Assembly: GCA_951406725.2 (NCBI GenBank)
Contig: OX597822.1
Coordinates: 49,600,001-49,664,000 of the forward strand
DNA length: 64,000 bases
Direction: 5' to 3'
From: Octopus vulgaris
Lineage: Eukaryota
Positions 11,533 through 25,392 of the stretch are shown one piece after another. A program made the translations under genes and the position numbers. Position 1 is the first letter of the stretch, and each line of letters opens with the position of its first letter. The notes under the pieces are model-generated. The model saw only the letters and a program-made list of their open reading frames with translations, was not told the DNA's origin and made no database searches.

Positions 11533-12889
11533 TATATATATATATATATTAGACCATATTAGATAACAAATCCAAGGCTGTGTGGAGTTTTCAGGGCATT
11601 TATAATGAAATACTCTTATAGCTGTTCCTATATAGTCATTTGATAGTCTTATAGCAGTTCATATATAGTCATTCCAAAGCATGGAGCCGTAGAATCAATG
11701 TCGCTCGTTCAAAAGGATTTGTGTGGTCTGAATGTAAATTTGAGAATGTATTGGTAGTATTTATGGAGAGAGGAGAGATGTGTATGATTAGAAAGTGGAG
11801 AAAGGTCAAATCTAAAACAGGAAGAGGAAATGAAAGGATAGAAAAGTGAAAAAGAAAGAAAGAAAAAAGAGAGAAAGACAAAAGCTAAGAGTGAAAAAAA
11901 GGGACAGAGACAAAAGCAAAGAGTGAAAAAATGAAGAAATGGTGAAGGAAGTTAGAGGGTAAGTGCCAGTTAGTGGTCAAGCTAATGTGATGGGAGGATG
12001 AGAGAGGTGTTGGGAAAGGAGAGGAAGAAATGAGAAGGTAAGGAGTAAAAGAATGAGAGATATGTGAGTAGAGGTGATATGATAGAACTTCATTAAGGGA
12101 TGGGTAGAGAAAAAGTAGAGAAAAAGCAAGGATGGGGTGATACCGAAGTGAGTAGTAATTTTGGTAGTAAAATGTGAGGTGGAGGGAAGAATACAAGGAT
12201 GCCAAATTACTATAAATAGACGTGTGTGATAGGTTAGTGATAGGTAGAAAAGGGAAGAAAGAATATACATTTGCGAATATGTATACATATATACGCACAC
12301 ACATATATATATTGACATATACATACGCCTATACATACACATGCATGCTCACGCGCATTCATAGATGTATGCGTGTGCATAAATGTACACAACATACGTG
12401 CGCGCACTTGCACACACATTTTCAGTCACACGCATGATGGTATACAGGTACTTACGGATACATATATACACATATACACATTCATATATATTTGTCTATA
12501 TAAATACATGCACACATACATACATACGCGTGTTCGCACACATATATAAGTGTATACACATATATTTACGTATACCCTCACACAAATACATATATACATA
12601 AAATACCTGTACACACATATTTATACACACCCATATGTACCCGTTTGTTTTTTTATATATGCATTATTAAATAATTGCGATACTTAAAGTAATGTGTGGA
12701 GTTAGTTAAATATTAAAATTTAAAATGGAGATAGGTAGGGTTGTTGGGGATTACTTACGAGGTGTTGTAGACGGAAACCACGCGTCGAGCAAAAGGGCAA
12801 AAGCTTGCTCGATCTCGATTTTCAGTACGAATATGGACCGCGAAATCGTGGCCCATCGATCCTTTCCGTAGTTATTTAGGTTGCATTTA

Positions 12890-13730
12890 TGTTTGTGGTA
12901 TAATTTGAAGGTATGAAAAAAGCGTGTGTTGCACGTGCTTAGGGCCTCATTAGATTTGTTTAGTAGTGTTGAGGAGTTGTGTTTTAATATGTGGAATGCC
13001 TTTTAAGGCATAGCTTACAGGCTGAGCGTTGACCTTGATATGGAAGCCCTGAATCTATTATAGACCATGACAAAGTGTAGGGAATATTTCTATTTTTGAG
13101 ATGATGTATGTGACTGGCGAGTATTGTGGGTTTACTGTCTTTCTCATATCTAACAGAATTGAGATGGGCAGCGTATCGCTGTTTAAAATTTATAGTTGAC
13201 ACTATATACATGGTTGTAGAATTGTGTAACATGCTGAGGACGGTGAATTTATAAATTACATTAGATCATCTACAATGGGACCCAGGACGGCAGTTAAAAG
13301 TGGGTGTATTTTGGGGATTATGATCAGGACTGGAGAAGGTAATACTGTCAGTGTTGTTAATTATTCTATTTTTAAGGGTGGTGGGAGTTGTGGTAATATT
13401 CCGTGTGCTAGTAGTGCTAGTAGAATGGGTTGGGCTATGGTCGTGATCTAATGTATGGGTTCAATGCTGGAGCTGTGTACATTTTGGGCGCTCGTGTATT
13501 TAGAGTTGTTATGGTGTGAGTTTTGATAGTAAAGAGAATGATTTTGTTTATTAGAGGCTGCTAGATTCGAAGTTGGGTGGGGAATAGTATAGCTTCATGG
13601 TTTGATCTATTGAAGATAGAATAATATTTATTTTGTCGAGGGAAGTTGGAGTCCAGTATATTAAAAAAGGATTTAGCTAAGTTCTTAACATTAATTGAGA
13701 AGGAGGTTTATACCAGAGAAGAGAGCGTCC
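12890..13730 (-). pseudogene. Decayed PLE linker + GIY-YIG endonuclease
   Basis: TTMYIVSTINFKQRYAAHLNS..PTILASHIHHLK..YTLSWSII..PYQ..ACKLCLK. Upstream linker KNLAKSFFNILDSNFPRQNKYYSIFNR. Confidence 0.75.
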
Positions 13731-13765
13731 ACCACTTTTTTGCGTATTTAGTAGTTTAGGGGAAC

Positions 13766-13825
<60 letters not shown>

Positions 13826-14229
13826 GTGTGTGTGTGTGTGTCGAATAATCCACATTTAGTATTAAACGTTACAATGTCAAATAGAATATCCAAGCAGAAT
13901 ATTACAATGCAGCAGTAGCTAGTGCGGAATACAACAAAAAAGATAAAACATAGTCCTGACGATGGAGCAGTTAATATAAAAATGATAATAATAAAAATAT
14001 CCAAAACGTATAGAGGTTGGTATGTTAGTGAACGTAAAGTAAACGCGAATTACGGAAGGGAAAGGCATAAATTCGAAATCAGGTTCGAATAGTGGAATAA
14101 ATATGAATATAAATGGAAATAAAGATGGAAAGGAAGATGTTGGGAATAAGGATAAAAAAATTAACATATATTCCATCTACATAACTATACCAAAGACGGT
14201 AACAATTACACTAAACGTAACAATAAGCA

Positions 14230-14635
14230 TAATAAAGGTCGGATTTTATTGTATAATCTGTTGTTCGGATTACATGTTCTGTCTAAATTTGCTAAGGAGA
14301 TAAATAAACATTTCCCTAAATCCAGTAGATATTATAAACTTTTTACTAGGCATATGGTGAAACTGGCCTGTGTAACGTCAAATAACCTGGAATACCATAT
14401 TCATAAATTTAACAATAGTACGCTGAATCAAGCAATCGCAAATTATGAAAATATCATCCAAGATAGCGTGGATCCAGGAAATAAGGAGAACCATAACAGA
14501 GGAAAACATAGTCATAGTAAGTCAAATGATCCTCATATGTGTAGAAATATCAACTTTAACATAGGTAATATAAGTAACTATGGAAATGTTGTAAGGATTA
14601 GTAACAATATTATTTTGATAAAGTTATTTCTATAG
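14230..14635 (+). pseudogene. PLE RT-EN linker fragment
   Basis: SKFAKEINKHFPKSSRYYKLFTRHMVKLAC..SNNLEYHIHKFN followed by an Asn-rich stretch. Confidence 0.6.
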
Positions 14636-15037
14636 AAATTATAGCCAGCACTGATATTTTACTACAACGTTTCGTATCGAGGCGTCAGATTGAAATGTTG
14701 AAGCAATAAATCATTGCTGGCTGTAATTTCTGTAGACATAACCTTACCAAAATAATGTAATAAGCACTGCTAACGTAGTAGGACGTGTTGTTGACTTATA
14801 AAAACATTTAATATATTTTATAATATATTATGGTTGCATAACGAAATACCACGTACCTACAATACCACGTATCTACTCTCTTTTACTCATTTTACTCACT
14901 ACCTTATGAATGTGAGCCTGACTCCCTAATCACTGAAACTTGCTCCCTCCGGGTACGCCAGGTACCTGTCACGCACACACAGACACACAAACACACACAC
15001 ATATATAATATATATATATATATGACAGGTACCTGGA

Positions 15038-15460
15038 TTATGCTTTCAGCCTCAACAAATTAAGCAGCTTGCCGCTTGGTCTGGTGTGGCGGTAAACACA
15101 ACGAGTTGATGTCCCAAATGCATGTTTGATACCAAATATACCAAATAGGGTGAGGACAAGCATACAACCCTCTTTCATGCCGCTACGTATGTTGAATGCC
15201 TCCGAAAAAGAGCCATCAAATTGAACGACGGCTTTCATGTCTGTGTGAAAGGATTGAACATTCTTCCTGTATGCATGGGAAACTGCCCACCGGTACAAGA
15301 GCAAAGACGTCTGTAAGAGGAATATGAATTCACTTTAGCTGGATGCCTTGAGATGGGAGGAGGCTGTAAATGATCGCTCACACTGGAGGCAAATACTGCA
15401 AAAGGGAGTGAAGAGAGCGGAAGAAAAACAGAAATTTGCCATCCAGGGAAAGCACACTCG
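15038..15460. mobile_element. RTE-clade LINE fragment with internal inversion
   Basis: (-) 15038-15260 QSFHTDMKAVVQFDGSFSEAFNIRSGMKEGCML..HAFG..TRPSGKLLNLLRLKA (RT). (+) about 15260-15440 KDVCKRNM..WEEAVNDRSHWRQILQKG (C-terminus). Confidence 0.75.
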
Positions 15461-15474
15461 ACAGAAGGAAATAT

Positions 15475-15634
15475 CAATTAGTGAAACAAATCGACCCTAG
15501 GACTTTTTAAAGCCAACAACTGATTTATCGGTCTCTTTTGCCGAACCGTTAGGTTACAGGTGCATAAACTCACCAACATCTGTTGTCAAGCGTGGTGAGG
15601 GAAAATCACAGGCAAAAAGACACATAACGTAGAT

Positions 15635-15708
<74 letters not shown>

Positions 15709-15851
15709 GACGAGCTTCTTTTAGTTTCCGTATTCCAAATCCACTCACAAGTCTTTGGTCGGCCCTGAGGCATTGCAGAAGATACTTATCCAAGATACCA
15801 CGCAGTGTGACTGAACCTGGAATCATGTGGTTAGGAAGCAAGTTTCTTACC
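15475..15851 (-). mobile_element. tRNA-derived SINE family 1 with internal (TA)n
   Basis: Minus-strand head ggtaagaaacttgcttcctaaccacatgattccaggttcagtcacactgcgtgg with B-box-like GGTTCAGTC. Tail ...cggttcggcaaaagagaccgata..gggtcgatttg. Confidence 0.85.
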
Positions 15852-15928
15852 TCACATCCATAAATAAATATACAAAGAGATTACAAATACACTCACATGT
15901 ATATATACACACATACACCAATAATTTC

Positions 15929-15965
<37 letters not shown>

Positions 15966-16205
15966 GTGAACAATACACACGTGTACTATTTTGATGCTCG
16001 GGAAGAATGCAAAAGGTTTTGATGCTTCGAGCTCAAGCTCTTCTACAAAAAGTGTTGAGAGGAAAGAAATGGCGAGAGAAGGAACAAAACGGAGATAGAA
16101 AAGATGTGAAAGGATAAACGGTTCAAGACACACACACACGCACACACTGCACTGTTACATACCTTCAGTTACAACTACTTCTATTGATAATAATAATTTT
16201 TTTCT

Positions 16206-16590
16206 GTGTGGAAGCACTCCGTCGGTTACGACGACGAGGGTTCCGGTTGATCCGATCAACGGAACAGCCTGCTCGTGAAATTAACGTGTAAGTGGCTGAG
16301 CACTCCACAGACACGTGTACTCTTAACGTAGTTCTCGGGGATATTGAGCGTGACACAGAGAGTGACAAGGCCGGCCCTTTGAAATACAGGTACAACAGAA
16401 ACAGGAAGTAAGAGTGAGAGAAAGTTGTGGTGAAAGAGTACAGCAGGGATCACCACCATCCCCGCCGGAGCCTCGTGGAGCTTTAGGTGTTTTCGCTCAA
16501 TAAACACTCACAACGCGCGGTCTGGGAATCGAAACCGCGATCCTACGACCGCGAGTCCGCTGCCCTAACCACTGGGCAATTGCGCCTCCA
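16206..16590 (-). mobile_element. tRNA-derived SINE family 2 (apparently full length)
   Basis: Head ggaggcgcaattgcccagtggttagggcagcggactcgcggtcgtaggatcgcggtttcgattccc with pol III A and B boxes and a tRNA-like fold. Confidence 0.85.
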
Positions 16591-16596
16591 CTGATA

Positions 16597-16604
16597 TAAT
16601 AATA

Positions 16605-16681
<77 letters not shown>

Positions 16682-16700
16682 AAGAAGAAGAGGAAGAAAA
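16597..16700. repeat. Compound (TAA)n-(GAA)n microsatellite
   Basis: Direct reading. Confidence 0.95.
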
Positions 16701-19700
16701 GTTACAATGACAATGATAAAACATTATAATACCTTGGGTAATCAAATACGTGTTCGAACAAGGTGGATACGACTATAAAAATAACACTCGAATCTAACAG
16801 TTTCAGTCACCAACAAAACTCACAACACCAATAAAATAGAAATGTAGGGATAAATTAACCCTGAGTACCTAATGCTTTATCAATCTTAACTTGCATATTT
16901 CCAATATCCTGAGAGTTATATGTCGCCCCAGTCCGTTCATCGAACAAAACGGGGGCGCTCAGAATGAAAATACATTTAATGCTAAATTCTGAATAAATGA
17001 ATTTAATCATTATATTGACCACTTTTTCTCTCGCCTGTAAATCTTAACACGCCTACATATATAAAAAATATATGTATGTATGCATATGTGTATGTATACA
17101 CATACATACACACCCATGCGCACACAGGCGTACACACGCACACAAACATTGCGTATATATATATATACATATATATATGCGTGTGTGTGTATGTGTGTGT
17201 GTATGCATATGCATTATGTGTGCATAATGCTATTTATTGCACGCATATGAAATATTAGTAACTGGATTCCATAAATTTCATACAGTGTTTTCGCCTTTCG
17301 GGAACAAAGAATACATTGATTATCCTTTTGAAACTACATATAAAATTACGAAATTTATTATTAGAATGCACTTGAGGTAAAACGAGAGATGATACGATAT
17401 TTATAGTTTTTTTCCGCGCTACACTTTCCGACTATAGTAGGAATAATGTGCCCTTGGTGATATATACAGAAACACTCGTTCATGAGTCAGTGATTACGTT
17501 GCTTAGAATAGTGAATTGAATTCTATCTTCTCATAACAGCTATTTGTTTATAAGGAAACGATGCTGTAATGATGCAAGTGGTGGTTAAAACCATTGATTC
17601 TTCTGTCTGCTGTCCAGAACTCTATTGATTCGATTAGCTGTGTCTCTGGTAATCTGTTTAGTTCAAGTTACTTCTAAATAAAACCACTGAATGATAATTA
17701 CTCAGTTCACAATTCACGTTTGTTCTTTCACAATAGCAGAATATTTGAAATGCTTAAGTGATAAAGTTAAATTCTACCGAATAGTCTGTAATATTTAAAT
17801 GACCATTTTTCCAAAGATATAATATTAATGTTAGTTAGAGTTTACATTAAGTTCTTTGAAATGTCAATATCGAAAGGAAACTTTATAAACAAATATATTT
17901 AAACATTCGAAAAACATATCTTTCTAGGAGTTTTGGTAAATATAAAACAAACTTCGATGCTTTGAAGAAAGGATATTTATTTAAGAAATAAAAACGAATA
18001 ACAGATAATTATAATTTTATATGAAATAACACTGATTTTTTTTTTCCTTTAATAACTTTACGGAAAGTGATATTATTATTTCAACTTTTAATAAAATATT
18101 TTCGGCTTTCAACGAGACAGATTTTTGCAAGTAATCGGCCATTATTTGTTTATTATGGCTGTCGTAATAAACTATATTATAGTTCATGTAGCATGAATGA
18201 ACAGACACATATATTTTAATTTAAGTACGGCTTGGTAAAATGCGATGAAGAATCAAAGTTTATTTAAACAGTTCTTCCATCATCGATCTTCAATTGGCTC
18301 AGTTAAAAACAAAAAAAAGCACCACTATAAACAAAACTTAGAAGAAATTATATTTTCTGATCCTCCACACCTCCGTATATTACATATCTCAGCTCTTGTG
18401 GATATAATTCAGTTAGATTATCTTCTACATTAAGGATGAAAGCAAATAGAACAGCAGCAAGTGTACATATAAATATATAAATTGTCGGAAATATTTCTTT
18501 CTAATAAAACCAATAAATAAGGAAGTGGTATGCTTTGGTTTAAAGGAGATATTTAATAAATGGTTAAATATCTTCGTTGCAGCATACAGAATATAAATTG
18601 AATGTACACTATCAAGACGATTGACTGAGAACATAGGAAACAAGTCTATAATTTAACATTCTGCTTAACACTTTATGAATATCATATTTAAAACATCGAT
18701 TCTTCATTCTGAAACATGCTGTCTCATCAACAAATAATAAAATTCAGCTAAAAATTGATTAAAAAATTCTTAAATACTAAGCAGTCAGTAAATTTTATTT
18801 TGAGAATGGGGAAGTTATTAAACTGATATTTTCTTTCGAAGTGTCACAAGAGGATTTTTGTCTGCGAGGCTTGTGTTAAACTAATACAGCATACCGTATT
18901 GATTTCTAAATTTAGTAGAGGCACAAATTATTAAGGAAGGGGTATAATTGTAAAGATCAAACTGATCGAGTTAACGTTATTTATCGTTTCCACATCAGGA
19001 AGTGTGAATGGCAATGATGTCAACTGCAGGATAATTTGAATTCAGAACATAAATCTACGTAACCAAACAAGATATAATATCTCTCACGATTTCTATGGAA
19101 AATATGATAATTTATTCCAGGTTTGATTACGAGAAATTTTAATAAACTCGACGGTGATGATGAAGGATTCAATTAGAGATGATCACCGTTCTTTCAAAAT
19201 TTCTTGCGGGGAACAGAAGTAGCTGTGTATTGCCAACTCTAAAATTGTGGATAAAACTGAATTCTTTCAATTGGCAAATTAAGTTCATATCGTAACAATA
19301 TAGAGCTAGATGAACTGGGCATCAGTGGCAATAGTCTTTGACTTAGCCACTTAAAAATCTCTCTGCTGTTCTATATACACATCTCACGAAAGATTTTAAA
19401 GCGATAGGAAATAAAGAACAGCCATGTTCATATATTTCATAGGTGTATGGCACGGTTTTCCTACAACCGAATAAGAAAAAAGTACTACTTAGATAGTTGG
19501 CAAATACCCAACACTTAAAAGGCTTGAACCACTAACTCATGATCGAGATATTTCTTCTTTCTACTTATTCAGTTGCCTTTAAAATTGTCTCTGAGCTTCA
19601 AAATTAGATATCTGTATACCCCTGACACACAAGCTCACTCATGCCATCCGTATCGCCTCTCACATTAGCGTGAAACTAATTTCAAGTTACTGAAGTTCAG

Positions 19701-21455
19701 ATTTGAAATCAGTCCGCACTTCATGATGCCTGCCAAACTCCAAATTATTTGCCTTTTCATTAGGAAACGAGAATTGGCGCTTCTACTTGGTTGATAGCGA
19801 AACTGAAAGAAACATTTATTTTGTGATATTGATAAAATCGTATTCTTATGGGTGTAAGAGTCTGTACTCGGCCGCCTCTCAATCTACTAGAAATAGAAAC
19901 AAAATGTTCCTCAATTGAAAATATGTCATCATTTTTGAGAAAGCACTAATTGTTCGAGGCAGTTCTAAACATACAAAAGGACGGATCTGTCGCGGCTGCA
20001 ATACGTTTGATCAAAAACCTGCAGATTTAAGACCAACCAGCGGCTAAATCTAGATCAATATCAACGTATGAATATGTTCCAAGCTGCTAAAATTCTATGT
20101 TTCAGCCCATTATTTGAATACATATGTTTTACAATTAAACGTAGGAGAAATATTTTCTTTTTTTCAAGTGAACTCGTTAAAGACTTAGACAAGAAGAGAC
20201 AGCATCACCTGGTCCTTGGATGCCTTTAGCGTAAAACAATGTGGTACAAATATACGGGCCAAGTCTCCGATTTAGGATTACTTACCTCCATATTTCCCTA
20301 GCTTCCCCGGTCTCGGAGGCCCTATAATGAATCATAGACATTGCTTTCCGCCTAAGTATGCGACAAAAATACAACACTTATTATACAGTTAGAAAATCTG
20401 TAAACCTCGCGGTATCTAATTTTACTTTTAAAGATATTTATCAACAAACAAAATCAATTTTGATGCGTGATACATTCAGTGAAAAGAGAAACTGTTGTTG
20501 ATCTTATAATCTCTTATAACTGTGATAGCTTATCTTTAAAACCTATTTCGTGTTTACTTTGAAGAAAGCTTAATCTTGATCATATTTTCACAAGAACTCT
20601 CGCCGCTAAAAATTATGTAACAGACTATCATATTGTTCAGTGAGGGACATGACTATATAATTAATGCTATTTACATATGACATATTATTACAAAATAATT
20701 TTTAACATTCATTCCAGGTGAAGAATAGGCATAGTCGATGAAATTGCCTGATATTTAATTTTTTTAAACCTGAAGGTTTAAATAATACCAAGCAGGATCA
20801 GCTGAGAAAATACAAATAGTTGAAGAAATACAGTGACGCCTAAGCACATCTCTCTGTTGATTCTACCAACTCACCTCACGCTGTCATTTCACTAACTTAA
20901 ACTATTGCCATTTGATGTCAATATTTACAATCAACTCTTAAATTACGTCTTCTTTCTTGAATTCTGTTATAGAATTTATAAGACTTCAGATGATACAAGC
21001 TGATAAATTGAACACTGATACTATAATTAGAATAATTACTAATTTTACTTACTATATGAAGTGATGAAAAGGATGATATCTTCATTGGTTCGATTTTATT
21101 AACGATGAAATGTGTCTCAGCTGTCATTAAACATTTACATAATATCTCATCATTTTTCAGGGAGCTTGGTGATAGATTTCTATAGCATATGGAGGCAGTG
21201 TTAACACTAGAATATTAATGTCGTTTATGCAATGCATATATGCATAGATAGCAAAATCAAAGTGAATATGATTGCACAAGCACAAAGAGTAGCACAGACG
21301 GCTTAGAATAACATCAACCATATACATACACGCATATACATACATACATACATACATTCATGCATATATGCATGTTTATATGAATATATATATATAGGTA
21401 TATAAAATTTATGTAAATATATATATATATATAAACTTGTATATATAAATGCATG

Positions 21456-21512
<57 letters not shown>

Positions 21513-21887
21513 GTATAAATAAGCATGTACATAAGCTTAATAATGTATGCATACATACACATATATGTATGTTACGGTTTGTTTGTGCCATTAAAATATG
21601 CATCCATAAAATATATTAATAAAGTGTGGTATTAAGCGATCTGTTTTCGTAATTAATAAATTTCAGTTTCGCATAATACACATTTTTACTGAAACAATTT
21701 CAAATAATGAAAAATGAACTTATGATTCGTTGGGACATACTGCAGCAAAAATTGCATCGAGAGGAACTGTTGTTCAGTGCTCGAGCGAGCATCAGTCGTG
21801 AAACGGTCGCACCATGCTGATGAATTTGTCCAGAAACCAAGTTCCGTCACGACTGAGAATGCTAAAAGCCTTGGTTTAGACTATAAG

Positions 21888-22300
21888 TTTTGGTGAAACT
21901 TTTCGAAAATTTTTTTTTAAATTTCTGGGAAAAATTTTCAAGAATTTTTTCAATAATCTTCGGAAAAATTTTCGAAAAAATTTTCAAAAATTTTTGGAGA
22001 AAATTCAAAGAAATTTTTGAAAAAGTTTTGGAGAAAATTTTCGATAAATTTAAAAAAAATTTTTGTGGAAAATTTTCAAAAAGTTTTTGAAAAATTTTAG
22101 AAAATTTTCAAAAAATTTTTCAAAAATTTTGTGGAAAATTTTCAAAAAGTTTTCAAAAATTTCTGTGGAAAATTTTCGAAAAATTTTTCAAAAATTTCTG
22201 GGGAAAATTTTCAAAAAACTTTTGAAAAATTTCTGAGGAAATTTTCAAAAATTTTTCAAAAGTTTTTCGAATATTTTCCCCCAAAATCTTTGAAAAAAAT
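21888..22300. repeat. Degenerate A-tract/T-tract minisatellite built from GAAAATTTTC-like units
   Basis: Repeated ggaaaattttcaaaaa/tttt blocks with about 10-12 bp spacing. Confidence 0.85.
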
Positions 22301-22410
22301 ATATACACATTGCACAAATACAAAAACTGTAAACTAGAGGAAGGCTTATAAAAAGAATTTAAATATTAAAAAAAATTCAGAAATTCAAAAATTCAACGAT
22401 ATGAATATGA

Positions 22411-22483
<73 letters not shown>

Positions 22484-22879
22484 ATATCTGAATCGCTGTA
22501 TTTAAGTCTGCAGAAACCTTGCAGGGTCTAGGATTAAGGTAAAAGGTTTTTTTTTCCAATCACTTTCGGAATTACAACAATTGGTGGCTTGGAGTTTTAA
22601 CTGCTATTTCTAGCGAGTCAGATATCCTATTCTTTGTGTTTGAACGTACACTGTATTCTTCTTTGAATAATATATAGTCTATTGACTAATTTTTTCTTTC
22701 TCGCTAGACCACTGGTAACTAAGAATTTTTCGATGAATATTCTTGCTACCCTATGATTTTAATTAATGAGTGACAATAAAGAAAAACAAAATATTGAGAA
22801 TAATGGTGGTAATGAAACTGAAGCCCTTGATGGTGACAGTATTACAACCGGCAGGCTCTGAGATACTGGTCCGATTCCA

Positions 22880-25392
22880 GCCTGTCATTATCCAATAAGG
22901 GACCAGCATGCATGGCGTAGATGGAATAAACAAGTCAATGCTGTTTTCATGGTGTGTTACTACCTGAGCAACAGCGTAGACGAAAATACTGTTCATCTTA
23001 GGGGAGACCGACAACGTATGTATGTTCAATGGAGAGAAAGAAGATTGTTTCAACTCGCGGAACAAATATTATTTGATCAATCTAGAGCAATAAGGAAAAA
23101 TCGTTGGTTCACAGAAGTAGAGCTCGGAGCTATCAAAAGACGAGTATTGGAAAACAGCAGCAGAGGAGGCTATGAAAATAAGTCCCTATTGACAAAAGTA
23201 ATCTCATAGCAGAAAACAGAGATGAAATCTCTAATAAACCACAGAAAAGGATCAATGATAGCTTGCTAGATGAGAGATGGTTTGGACGAAAACAATAAAA
23301 CGAATGGTGACATGACAGAAGGGCAAAAGGCAAGCTACGACAGAATAGAGGCAATACTATAGGAGAGCGATAGGGACATTATTTTCAACCTTAAAAAGGT
23401 TAATCGTTGGAAATTGAACCAAGGAACGAAAAATGTGAATGTCATTCTGAAATACATCAGAACAAAAAACATCACAGAAACAAATAACTTGATCAATTCA
23501 GCAAGTATTCTTGTTGCAGAGAATGTGGGTGTTGATGTCAAGAAAAAGAAATATAATGGGAGTGACAAAAGAAAATATCCATAGTGGAAAATAAGAGTAC
23601 GAGTGGGGGTAGATATGCTCTCGAAAGACATTTCTGGGTAAGATCGAAAAGAGAAGAGCAGGGGCTTAAAAGCGAACAAAAATACAGGCCCCTGAACAGG
23701 AAATATGATATTGAAAGAAAGGGCCTGAATGAGGTAATGGGGGAACTGAAACAGTATTTCGTTGCAAAGAAAGCAAAGATGGTAAGATACAACCAAACAA
23801 TGCAGGGTGACCAGCAGAATAGGTTATTCAGGGCAGATCAGAAGAGATTCTACAAAGAAATAAATGCAGAGTGTACAGATGAAAAGCTGATACCTGAGAA
23901 CATTGCAACATTGGGAGTGACATCTGCAGCGAAACAAGGAACACAAGAAGGATGTTGAATGATTGCAAGAACTGAAACAAACAATAGTCTGTTCAAAACA
24001 GGCATAACTGGTCATTTCAGTTAAGAAAGTGAAAGAAATCAGCAGACAAATGGGCAACTGGAAGGCCCCGGGACCACATAGAATCCAAGGCTACTAGATC
24101 AAAAGTTCTGGGGAATGTCATGCACAAATAGCTGCGAAACTCAACACCAAGTAACACCAGAGTGGTTGACAATGGGATGGGCAGTACTGTGCGCTTCAAA
24201 AATATCGAAAAAGGCAATACGGTAAATAATTACAGGCCGATATCCTGCTTGCCACTTATGTGGAAATTATTCACTAGAATAGTCTCAGAGTCGATGTACG
24301 AACATCTGGTAAAAAATGGAGTCCTGCTACATGAGCAGAAGAGGTGCAAGCGTAAATGCAGGGGTACCAATGATCAACTCTTGGTAGACAAAACTGTACT
24401 TAGAAACTGCAAGAGCACGAAAACTATTTAGAAGTATCATGGATCGATTATCGTAAGGCGTACAATATGATCCCACGTTCTTGGATTATGGAACGTATGA
24501 ACCTATTTGGTATTGCATCGAATGTTGAGCGATTGCTTAGGAAAAGTATGGTCAAGTGGAGGATGGAACTGACAGCATACGAAAGAAGTATAGGGACGAC
24601 AGAAATCAGGAGAGGCATCTTCCAAGGGAACTGCCTGTCCCTACTGATCTTTGTACCACTAACTCTGATTCTGAGGAAAGCAAAGGATGGGTATATATTC
24701 GAAAGCCGCCCACAAAAAATCAACAACTTGTTATTAAGTTCCCTCGTTGATACGGTATACCTTCAGTGCTGATATAAGAATGGAGTTCAAACTGAAAACG
24801 TGTTGTGTGTTAGTTTTGAAGAGAGGTAAAATCAAATATTTGGACGGGCTAGCGATAAGGTCGGGGGAAGTTATAAAGCAGATAGAAGAGACGGGCTATA
24901 AGTACATGAGGATATTGGAAATGGATAAATTGATGGAGAAAGAAATGACAGAAAAATTTAAGGTGCAGTACTTATGCAAAATGAATATGTTTCTTAAGTC
25001 GAAATTAAACGGACAAAGGTTTTAGCTATCAACATCTGGTTGGTTTCACTACTTAAATATGGGGCATGGGTAATTACATGAACAGTAGACGAACTAAACA
25101 GCTTAGACAGAAAGAGAAGGAAGTTGCTGACTAAATATGGGATATTCCACCCAAAAAGTGACACTGACAGACTGTATGTACCAAGAAAAAGAGGGGTAAG
25201 AGCACGGATTGGATGCGAGAACACAGCATTAGAGCAGAAAAAACAGCATACCATGGTATGTAAAAAATGCCACAGAACCACTAGACAACACACCAGAAAG
25301 TGATAAGCGCAGAATCTGTGGACAAAATGGTGAAACCGTATGGCATATTACCAGCCAATGTACTCCACTAGCCCAGAAAGAATATAAGAGAA
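22880..25392 (+). mobile_element. Decayed near-full-length Dong/R4-type non-LTR retrotransposon (3' RLE missing)
   Basis: RRWNKQVNAVFMVCYY; QQNRLFRADQKRFY; WKAPGP; [16 protein letters not shown]; [11 protein letters not shown]; WIDYRKAYNMIPRSWI; RRGIFQG; FHPKSDTDRLYVPR; RICGQNGETVWHITSQC. Many stops and frameshifts. Confidence 0.9.

Noticed and set aside
12770-12870. GAAAC..GUC plus hairpin tcgagcaa/ttgctcga as an HHR
   Set aside because: No CUGANGA-like core in a usable position.
14660-14695. Minus-strand CUGACGC..GAAACGUU
   Set aside because: Helices I and II do not pair; too decayed to call.
16525-16590. tRNA-like sequence
   Set aside because: SINE head, not a tRNA gene: no proper acceptor-stem 3' end or terminator, and it continues into the SINE core.
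21890-22337. K/F-rich ORFs or a CRISPR-like array
   Set aside because: Low-complexity A/T-tract satellite without unique spacers; eukaryotic context.
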